Source of the DNA: a virus
Lineage: Duplodnaviria; Caudoviricetes
Reading direction: 5' to 3' (one strand)
DNA: 25,915 nucleotides
Virus record (IMG/VR): IMGVR_UViG_3300045599_000011
Location: 1 to 25,915 of that record
Below the pieces are notes generated by a model that had not been told where the DNA came from, searched no databases, and saw nothing but the letters and a program-made list of their open reading frames with translations. Within the stretch, counting starts at the first letter, position 1. Each line of letters starts with the position of its first letter. The translations under genes were made by a program, and so were the position numbers. Shown one piece after another: positions 9,419 to 17,108 of this stretch.

Positions 9419-9762
9419 TTTTTTGCCGCTGCATCCAACTTTTCTTGAACTTCTTTAGGTAGCACCAACTTTTCGAATTCAGCCCACTCGTCATAAGTGA
9501 AGTTGTCCATTATCTCATATACGTCTCCCAAGTCCTTTGGCGGTTTGACTTCTTCACTGTCAATTGTTCCAATGCTGAAGATGTTTTGAATGGTCATTGT
9601 AGACATAACTCCACCGATGTTTTGCCCGCCTTCACTCATGCAGGCCGCAAGTAACGCGCGCTCCATGAAATGATGTTGACCTTTCTTTACTCGCTTTGTA
9701 ATAACTTTACCAGTTGAAAGTGTAATTGTATTATCCTGTACTACGTTTTTGTTCTCTGCCAT
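9379..9762 (-). CDS. Tail assembly chaperone (gpG-like)
   Basis: Between tube and tape measure, with slippery AKN site near 3' end. Confidence 0.85.
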   Translation of the reverse strand: MAENKNVVQDNTITLSTGKVITKRVKKGQHHFMERALLAACMSEGGQNIGGVMSTMTIQNIFSIGTIDSEEVKPPKDLGDVYEIMDNFTYDEWAEFEKLVLPKEVQEKLDAAAKNSPNSPGLKTESK

Positions 9763-9789
9763 TGTATGGCCTCCTTTTAGAATAGAAAT

Positions 9790-9815
9790 ATAAAAGCCCT
9801 CAAAGAGAGGGCCTT
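9790..9815 (-). terminator. Intrinsic terminator after tail tube
   Basis: GCCCTC-TCTTT-GAGGGC followed by TTTT. Confidence 0.75.
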
Positions 9816-9819
9816 GTAA

Positions 9820-10311
9820 TTAAGAGATTTGAATTCGTTTTTGCGCATGCCAACTGAATTTATTTTGCAGCGGTTTGTTGTTTCCGTCTGCCGATTCGCT
9901 AAATTTGTTGAAGGTAACATTTGTATATTTGTGCTTACGTACCATACCGTCCTTATATGTTTTTGTGGTAGTGAACGTAAATTGAAGCGTAGACCCTGTT
10001 TTATCGTAATGTTCTTGGATTAAATCCATTACATCACTATACCAACTATTGATGTCTTGTCCTTCAATTGAGCCCTGGTATCCTACATAGTGAACCTGAC
10101 GGTGTTCAGTATCTTCCCCGATTGGATACTTTTTCTCTTCATTGTCGATGCCTTCCACGTTCCACTTTAGGATTTCGGGTGATTTAGACACTAGTTTCCC
10201 ATTACGATCTTTTAATTCTATTTCTTTACCTTCTACATCGACAATAGAGATGATAAGTTTTTTACCGAGAATCCCGTCTTCAGCGAAAAACTGCAAATTC
10301 ATTTTCAACAT
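9820..10311 (-). CDS. Tail tube protein
   Basis: 163 aa, beta-rich, coupled to sheath stop (TAATG). N-terminus MLKMNLQFFA. Confidence 0.85.
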   Translation of the reverse strand: MLKMNLQFFAEDGILGKKLIISIVDVEGKEIELKDRNGKLVSKSPEILKWNVEGIDNEEKKYPIGEDTEHRQVHYVGYQGSIEGQDINSWYSDVMDLIQEHYDKTGSTLQFTFTTTKTYKDGMVRKHKYTNVTFNKFSESADGNNKPLQNKFSWHAQKRIQIS

Positions 10312-11849
10312 TATACGTCCACCTCCACATTCGTACCACCTTGGAAGTTAATAAGCACCCATTCTGCTGTATTGAAATGCTGTACTTTCAAATCACGTAC
10401 ATACTGGTCGATAAATTGGGCTTGTTCATTAAATTTAATACTGTAATCCATGATTTTAGGGTTTTCCAAGGGATTGATAGGCGTCTTGAGATTATCCATG
10501 AATCCACGGACGCGATTTTCTGCTGCCCGCTTCATCTTTGGCGTCATTGCTTTACCCTGCCATGGAGCAGACACGCCAAATAATGATTTCTCAATCCAAC
10601 TGTTTAAACGTCGCCGGTTTACCTTCCGGTTTTCATCATCTGTGATGATATTCCCTTCTACATCTTTTTGCGCCAGCGTATAATCATTTGCCATACGCCA
10701 AGCTGTCGATCCATCACCCTTTGCGCTCGGCTTCAATTCGAATGCTGCGATTTGATTCTTATAAAGTTCGGTAGCCATCTCAAAATCAATAGGTTGTTCA
10801 GCTCCTGCAATCCAGTTGCATTCGACCGCTAGGCCGGAATCCTCTACTTCTCCAATGACATGTACAATAGCGGATAAACATGCCCCTGAAATTACCTGAC
10901 CGGTTACTGAAATATAACGACCAAATGTCATTTGTACATGGTCCGTATCAAAGGTTTTCCGATATTCAATAGCTGCAGCAACCGTATTAGCGGTGTTTGT
11001 ACCAATATACGTTGTTACATTATATTTTTCACCGAATCCGCGGAGAGCATCGTCGGCTTTCTGACTAGAAAAATCAATGTATGCCACATCAGTTACAATG
11101 GTTGACGGTATGCCCTCAAGTAATTTCAAACCTGTTCGTCTACCGGTACCAGGATCAAATGTTCCGATATAATCGTTCTCTGTAATAGGAGCCCCATTCT
11201 TGCCACCCGTTAACTGTGTGTTTGCCTTTACAGCAGGTCGTGCAGTGACGAAATCAGCAGCGCTTGATTTCAGGTCCTCTACAACAAAATGAGCACTGGT
11301 GCCGTTGATCACTTTTACGACATACCGCTCATGTTTTGGGTCCATTGATAAATTGTCATATGTTTCTTTCCCACCGATATCAGACTGTAAAATCAGTTTG
11401 AATGTTCCGGTTTCTGTACCATCTTGAACTTCACCAGAAAAAACATTCGCGTATTCCCCAGGTCCCGCTTTTGGTTTAATACCAAGTGTGGCTTCTGGCG
11501 TCGTTTGGCGGTCATCTAGCTCTAGTCCTGCTGTTGCATGGCCATCACCTAACACACGGACAAAAATAGCATCTGTAACCCGCGCACGGTCGATATGGTC
11601 GAGTAATTGGTTCCCTTTCTCTAGGTTGTCTCGCAAACCAAACATAATTTCTGCTGAATCCACCAACTTATTCATTGGCGTCTGTTTAATACGGACAAAC
11701 TGGTTTACTGGTCCACGGTCAAACGCACCGATAAAACCAAGTACAAATGAACTCAATTCCACAGTTTCATTCTGTGGTGGCGCAAGCTCATTTACATAGA
11801 CATTCGGTGGAAGACCTTGGAGACTTTTTGCACCTCGTAAAATAGGCAA
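10311..11849 (-). CDS. Contractile tail sheath protein
   Basis: PNVYVNEL, GFIGAFDRGPVN, LTGGKNG, VNRRRLNSWIE, AEWVLINF sheath motifs. TTG start with AAGGAGG. Confidence 0.93.
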   Translation of the reverse strand: MPILRGAKSLQGLPPNVYVNELAPPQNETVELSSFVLGFIGAFDRGPVNQFVRIKQTPMNKLVDSAEIMFGLRDNLEKGNQLLDHIDRARVTDAIFVRVLGDGHATAGLELDDRQTTPEATLGIKPKAGPGEYANVFSGEVQDGTETGTFKLILQSDIGGKETYDNLSMDPKHERYVVKVINGTSAHFVVEDLKSSAADFVTARPAVKANTQLTGGKNGAPITENDYIGTFDPGTGRRTGLKLLEGIPSTIVTDVAYIDFSSQKADDALRGFGEKYNVTTYIGTNTANTVAAAIEYRKTFDTDHVQMTFGRYISVTGQVISGACLSAIVHVIGEVEDSGLAVECNWIAGAEQPIDFEMATELYKNQIAAFELKPSAKGDGSTAWRMANDYTLAQKDVEGNIITDDENRKVNRRRLNSWIEKSLFGVSAPWQGKAMTPKMKRAAENRVRGFMDNLKTPINPLENPKIMDYSIKFNEQAQFIDQYVRDLKVQHFNTAEWVLINFQGGTNVEVDV

Positions 11850-11862
11850 TGTATTTTCCTCC

Positions 11863-12390
11863 TTACCTTACTTTTGGCTTGAAATTTGATGAGTTTATGG
11901 CGTTTGCAATGGATTCTGTTAATAACTTACCGCGACAACGATATGTAGCATCTACCTGATACACATCTGGTTCGCCGCGCGGTGGTAGTGGCGGTGCTGT
12001 AAGGAAAATTTCTATACTCTTTTCCCATTTGTCATTAGGAATCGGAATATCATTCTCAGTTTCGATGTATGCCATAAATTCATTTGATAGCTTTTGCGCG
12101 ATTCCAGGTCTTTCTGCAAAGAAAGATACTTGTAGTAAGTAATCAAACCTGCTTGACTCTGTAGCTACGGTATATGTGCCATCATGGTTTAATTTCATAG
12201 CATGAGGTTCGTGTTCACGCATTAATGCTTTTTCTAATGTCCCGCTAATATATGTGATGTTGGCGGCCGGTATCTGTTTTTTAAATTCAGCGGGTGGGGG
12301 GATCGCATCTAGAACAGGGAAATCTGTACCATGTACATGTTCGATAGCGGCCCGTATTGCTTTATAGGCAGGGAGTAAAGGGTCTCTCAT
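11863..12390 (-). CDS. Tail terminator/completion protein
   Basis: Position immediately before sheath; PAANITY and YLLQVSFFA pattern. Confidence 0.65.
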   Translation of the reverse strand: MRDPLLPAYKAIRAAIEHVHGTDFPVLDAIPPPAEFKKQIPAANITYISGTLEKALMREHEPHAMKLNHDGTYTVATESSRFDYLLQVSFFAERPGIAQKLSNEFMAYIETENDIPIPNDKWEKSIEIFLTAPPLPPRGEPDVYQVDATYRCRGKLLTESIANAINSSNFKPKVR

Positions 12391-12950
12391 CGTCCTATCC
12401 TCCCTAACTCATCAAGTATTGCCTGTGCTACTGTATTTTTGATTTCCTCACGCGATTCTTCTAATGCAGGGCGGAGGTAAGGGCGTGCAGGAATACCTTT
12501 TGGAGAGTATCCAAATTCGTGAGCGGCAGCGCCCGCTACACTCCCACTTCCCCCGCCTCCAGCTCCCTTGGCTACACCCACATATACAGTGCCGCTACTA
12601 ATTTCCGCCTCATCGACTGTAATGGCATTCTTTAGATGACCGGTATCTACAAGTGGAGAATCTGCGTTTCCGCCAGCGCCCCACGCTCCAAAGTTTCTTA
12701 AATATCTAGTAGCCGCACGTGATAGTTTTCCTTTGCTCCTTCCAGTTCGAACTAAATGTTTTCGGCGAACTGTTTCCGGTTTTAACTTTGGCCATGCAGG
12801 ATATCCGTGTGACGCTGGCTGATACGTACCAAATTTGCTTTTTGCTCGCTTCATCACAATAACCGCACTTTTCCGCAGTCCTTGATTCGTTGCCCGCTGT
12901 ACTCCTTCTGGAATCGACGACAATGCTTGAAATAGACCATTGAAGTCCAT
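12387..12950 (-). CDS. Neck/tail completion protein, HK97 gp10 / virion morphogenesis-like
   Basis: WPKLKPETV, PLVDTGHLKNAI, AAAHEFG, IPARPYLRPAL. Start moved to 12950 (TAATG coupling). Confidence 0.85.
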   Translation of the reverse strand: MDFNGLFQALSSIPEGVQRATNQGLRKSAVIVMKRAKSKFGTYQPASHGYPAWPKLKPETVRRKHLVRTGRSKGKLSRAATRYLRNFGAWGAGGNADSPLVDTGHLKNAITVDEAEISSGTVYVGVAKGAGGGGSGSVAGAAAHEFGYSPKGIPARPYLRPALEESREEIKNTVAQAILDELGRIGR

Positions 12951-13360
12951 TATTTCACCGACCTTGCTGTACATTCTTTGATAATTAGCATGCCAGCCAG
13001 CGTAGCGGGAGCCACTAGCTGTACATTGTATTTTTTTCCGTTGTAAAGGAGCATCATTCCCTCCTGAACTTGTTTTTCCTCGGGTTCACTACCATCTTCT
13101 ATCGATATGAATTCTAAAATTTCATCTGGGTTGTCTCCGATTTCAGTGGCATTTTCATCAATGCTATGAGCGGTAATAACGATTTTAATTTCCTTTTTGT
13201 CTGGCGGTGTCGACGTTCCCTCATCCTCTAAACTGAATGTTTTTCGGTTTTTGGTATCCGGCGCAGGTGTTTCAAGCAGAACTGCCAACTCATAATTTTT
13301 ATCCCGAATATGACGTTGAATGATTCGACGAACCTTATAGGCAAGACGTTCAGCATTCAT
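12950..13360 (-). CDS. Head closure/stopper protein (putative)
   Basis: Synteny and size; GMMLLYNGKKYNV C-terminal beta pattern. Confidence 0.6.
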   Translation of the reverse strand: MNAERLAYKVRRIIQRHIRDKNYELAVLLETPAPDTKNRKTFSLEDEGTSTPPDKKEIKIVITAHSIDENATEIGDNPDEILEFISIEDGSEPEEKQVQEGMMLLYNGKKYNVQLVAPATLAGMLIIKECTARSVK

Positions 13361-13890
13361 CAGGTATACCCTCCAACAGGGCCGGTTACTTTTTGTAGAT
13401 ACTGTCGCCAGCGACGCTCTGCTGCTTTGTTTAACTCGTCAAAGTTATCAAACTTAATATCAAGCCCTTTTCCGAGCTTTAAGCCGCTAATTTCAGTACC
13501 TTCTTGTACCATTTCATCCATCTGTTTGAACATAATGTAATCTAGAAGTGCTGAAACATATGAATCCGGTACCGTTTCCGGTGCATGCATACCCCAATAA
13601 GTGAACGATACCTCCATAGGAGCATATATCCCTTCAACATATAGAGTACTGCCAACGACTTCATATCCTTCTAAACCTGAAATCCATGTCTGATAGTCAG
13701 TTGGTAGCGGATATTCTTCCACCCCTGGTATCAGGTTTACCTTACCTCGACGTTGCCGCGGCTGATATTTTGAGAAATCGGCCGCAGCTTCTTCGAGAAA
13801 AGAAATGATATCCGGGTCGTCATTTAGATAAGGCTCAGTATCATCCTTTATTTCTTTCCGAACCTTTTGTATCAGCTTGTCGAGCTGCAT
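13360..13890 (-). CDS. Head-tail adaptor protein (putative)
   Basis: Follows capsid. LIQKVRKEIKD...DIISFLEEA...GVEEYPLPTDY...ALLDY pattern. Confidence 0.7.
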   Translation of the reverse strand: MQLDKLIQKVRKEIKDDTEPYLNDDPDIISFLEEAAADFSKYQPRQRRGKVNLIPGVEEYPLPTDYQTWISGLEGYEVVGSTLYVEGIYAPMEVSFTYWGMHAPETVPDSYVSALLDYIMFKQMDEMVQEGTEISGLKLGKGLDIKFDNFDELNKAAERRWRQYLQKVTGPVGGYT

Positions 13891-14047
13891 TGTCCTCTGC
13901 CTCCTTTTTTCTCCTGGAAGCAGAAGAACCTACAGTTTTTTTCTCTGTAGGATCTTCATTCGGATTAAACGTTGTATACATATGTCCGGTTGGTACCATA
14001 CGCCCTGTTACTGGGTGCACAAATGGATTTCCGTTGTTTATAGGCAT
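13841..14047 (-). CDS. Small hypothetical protein after capsid (68 aa)
   Basis: AAAGGAGG RBS before ATG 14047 (MPINNGNPFVHPVTGR). Confidence 0.65.
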   Translation of the reverse strand: MPINNGNPFVHPVTGRMVPTGHMYTTFNPNEDPTEKKTVGSSASRRKKEAEDNAARQADTKGSERNKG

Positions 14048-14063
14048 TTGTCTATAGCCTCCT

Positions 14064-17000
14064 TTAATAGAACTTGATTGTGCGATACGGAGGATTGTAA
14101 GTTTTACCATACTTATCAATTACCTGCGGTGTGCAAATAGCGATTTGCTGTGTTGCAAAGTACTGTTTCGCCGATGTAATTTGTCCGTTTGGAGCCATGA
14201 ATGGATGCGGACCTTCCAACTCGAACGGAGAACCTACACCGAATCGTGTCGCGTTCATTTTACCAAGCAATAGACGACGGTCACCGGCAGCCCACGGTGC
14301 ATTATGCTCACCGAACTGAATATTGTCACGTACAGCAAAATACATATCTCCTTGCAATAGGTTCGTTCCTTGCGGAGATGCATAACGATAGAACAGTTCA
14401 GCTTTCTTAACTGGTGCCATAGCATTCAATGAACCGATCAGGAAGTCTGGTGTTACAAAGCGCGGCGCGCTTCCCATGTATGCTTTTTCGTCCGTAACCA
14501 TTTCTACCAAACGATTATAATATTTAGCAGTGTCCACGCCGTTTGGAACAGTTAAGCTGAAGAAGCTGACATTAGTTGCATATGCGTAGCTCTCAATGGT
14601 TGGGCGGTTTTCAGCGGTTACGCCTGATTCAGCTGTAAAGTACACATCGCCAGTTTCAAAGTCAACAGCATAATCCGGAGTTGCACCGCCAGGGATAGGA
14701 AGAATTTGCGATTTAATTGCATCCCAAACACCACGGTTTAACTTAGTGCTTCCTAGTTTTACAACGAAGTCGTTCACTAGTGAGCCGCGGCTACGTCCCA
14801 ATTCATCAAGCCATACTTTTTTACGCGGTCGAACAATCGGCGGCCGTTGCGCTGGAATAGCACCCGGAGCAGCACCACACAAAAGCTTCACGATAAATGC
14901 TGCATTCGTAGCTGCATGCAATCCCATACCTGGAGTTACTGCTTGGATTTCAGTAGCCGCCACAGCTTCCTTTGTTACCGTTTTTGCCTCGTATTCATCA
15001 GAAACAGCCAACATTTCAAGAGAAATACGCTGATCGACATTGCGTTGCATGCGTAAGTTCAAATTAGCTAGATTCCGGGCTACAGCATCATAATTGAATG
15101 GACCTTTTGACAACTCAACCTGAGCCTCTTTAGAAATCTTTGTTGCACGTTTCAACCACTCCGCACCATATTCGAGCATGAAAGTTTCTACGCCTTCAGA
15201 CGGGATTCCATCATATTCTCCAATAGCACCGAAGTCATCTTGCGAGTAAATGTCCTCAGTCATAAATTCGACTGGAATTTTAAATGTGGTACCACCGAAT
15301 GATTCAGCCATGGTTAACTGTAGGAATTTCAGGTCTTGGAATAACTGTCGCATGAATGCCATGCTAATCATCGGCACTTGTGCGAGGTCTCCTGTTGATG
15401 TAGCCGCGCTGTCAGTGATAGCTCCATCTGTAATTGCCTGGGCGCTATCTGTTAGACTATGCATAAATGATTTGTATTGCTGATTTCCTTCTCGGTCCAT
15501 CTGAGCAAGCACGCGGTCAAGAATAGCAAGGTTACCTTCCCGTAGTTTTGGATCAACACGGAAGTTTTTATCTTTTCGACGAAGTTGATCGTCAAAAGCG
15601 GCCTGCAGCTTATCCAATACCGGCTTCCAAGGCTGACCTTCAGCAATCACATGGACAGAAGGGTCTTGAGTAGCAGCTAACCCTGTATTCGGTACACCAA
15701 GGCTGTTCAATCCGTTTTCTACAGCAATAGCATCAATAAGCGCTTGACGGCGCTCGATAAATGGGCCAACTTCTGCTGTATCTACAATTGCCTCACCTTC
15801 TTTGAGCAATGCATCTTTCAGTTTCTGAGGGCAAGTAAGCGCCGTAACGGCATCGGTTAGTGCCTTTTGTGCTTCTTCTCGCTTTTTCTCAGCCTCTTCC
15901 TGCTCTTGACGCTTCTTCTCAGCATCTTTGTATCCTTGAATCTCATCTAGCAGTGACTGTTCTTTTTCTTTCGCTGCAATCGCGGCGTCGCATGCGGCCA
16001 TCTCCGCATGACCCCCATTTTCTTTTTTCCATTTACGTAGTTCTTCTAAGCTCATAGTAAAGAAATTCATTTTTTGTTCCCCCTCATTTTTTTGTAAGGA
16101 ATCCATAATAACAGCCAGTGCTTCATCGTTAACTGGCACTGGCGCCCCGAAAGCGTCGTCTTCTGCGGGATTTAATACGACATCCCACGTTAGCAACTTC
16201 ATAGACTGCGGTACTTCAACTTGCATGTTTTGGACCGTAACTTTACTCATTGACGCTACCATACGATTTGAAAATCCAATCGGTAATCCAGCATCAATCA
16301 TGGCCTGCACTTGTCGTCCCATATCTGTATCAAGCGTCCGATATTCCGCCCATACGTTTTTCTGCTCATCGATATAGGCATTGCGAAAGCGGACTGCTTG
16401 ATTAGGTATTTTCATGTCGTACTGAATCTTCCCGCGTCGGTCACGGAAGAATGGCGGATGCGGATGCTCTCCAGCATACGGGAAATTCTTTTTCTTTAAA
16501 TCATCAAGCGCTGGCTGATACTGCTCCTCTGGATAAAAACGCTGGTTGCCATTAATCGTGTTTACTTTTGACACGATTTGCTTATACCAACCTGTAGGTT
16601 TTTCTGCTGAGTCTAGTACTGGTTGCGGTCGTGACATGCAAACGTCCATCGCCTCACCAGATGAAGAATCAGTCACGGCAGAAAAAATGGGCTCTACAGA
16701 ATCCGTAACGGTTACTGTAAAACCCATCTCTTTTGGTTTTTCTTCTTCTTCTTTTTCGCGACGAGCAGCATATTCTACATCGTAATAACCAAACTCTGTA
16801 CGACATTTAGCACTGATTGCTTCATAATAAATATTACGGTCGATTTCTGATAACGGAGTGTTGGCGATTTGTTTTTTTATAGCCAACAAATCGATTGCTG
16901 ACGGTGCTCCTTTGATGTTTTTTAACATTGGATCGTCGTCAATGGCGTCCACAGCAGCCTTTTCTTTCGGCTTCTCATCATCCATATGGAATCCGACCTT

Positions 17001-17087
17001 ACCAAAGAATTGTAATTGTACTTCAATTCGCGGTTTCCTTTCTATTATCACAGGAATCCCCCTTTCGCTTTTATAAAACATTTTCAA
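14064..17087 (-). CDS. Prohead protease-scaffold-major capsid polyprotein
   Basis: T4 gp21-like protease motifs (NGNQRFYP, GEHPHP, GFSNR, WDVVLNPA), charged coiled-coil scaffold, C-terminal capsid region. Start uncertain: TTG 17087, ATG 17081 or GTG 17051; track GTG 17099 lies inside the RBS. Confidence 0.85.
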   Translation of the reverse strand: MKMFYKSERGIPVIIERKPRIEVQLQFFGKVGFHMDDEKPKEKAAVDAIDDDPMLKNIKGAPSAIDLLAIKKQIANTPLSEIDRNIYYEAISAKCRTEFGYYDVEYAARREKEEEEKPKEMGFTVTVTDSVEPIFSAVTDSSSGEAMDVCMSRPQPVLDSAEKPTGWYKQIVSKVNTINGNQRFYPEEQYQPALDDLKKKNFPYAGEHPHPPFFRDRRGKIQYDMKIPNQAVRFRNAYIDEQKNVWAEYRTLDTDMGRQVQAMIDAGLPIGFSNRMVASMSKVTVQNMQVEVPQSMKLLTWDVVLNPAEDDAFGAPVPVNDEALAVIMDSLQKNEGEQKMNFFTMSLEELRKWKKENGGHAEMAACDAAIAAKEKEQSLLDEIQGYKDAEKKRQEQEEAEKKREEAQKALTDAVTALTCPQKLKDALLKEGEAIVDTAEVGPFIERRQALIDAIAVENGLNSLGVPNTGLAATQDPSVHVIAEGQPWKPVLDKLQAAFDDQLRRKDKNFRVDPKLREGNLAILDRVLAQMDREGNQQYKSFMHSLTDSAQAITDGAITDSAATSTGDLAQVPMISMAFMRQLFQDLKFLQLTMAESFGGTTFKIPVEFMTEDIYSQDDFGAIGEYDGIPSEGVETFMLEYGAEWLKRATKISKEAQVELSKGPFNYDAVARNLANLNLRMQRNVDQRISLEMLAVSDEYEAKTVTKEAVAATEIQAVTPGMGLHAATNAAFIVKLLCGAAPGAIPAQRPPIVRPRKKVWLDELGRSRGSLVNDFVVKLGSTKLNRGVWDAIKSQILPIPGGATPDYAVDFETGDVYFTAESGVTAENRPTIESYAYATNVSFFSLTVPNGVDTAKYYNRLVEMVTDEKAYMGSAPRFVTPDFLIGSLNAMAPVKKAELFYRYASPQGTNLLQGDMYFAVRDNIQFGEHNAPWAAGDRRLLLGKMNATRFGVGSPFELEGPHPFMAPNGQITSAKQYFATQQIAICTPQVIDKYGKTYNPPYRTIKFY

Positions 17088-17108
17088 CGTGATATTCACC
17101 TCCTTCTT

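Noticed and set aside
170-11849. Stand-alone tailocin or contractile injection system
   Set aside because: Terminase, portal and capsid genes are present and look intact, so this is a full phage morphogenesis module.
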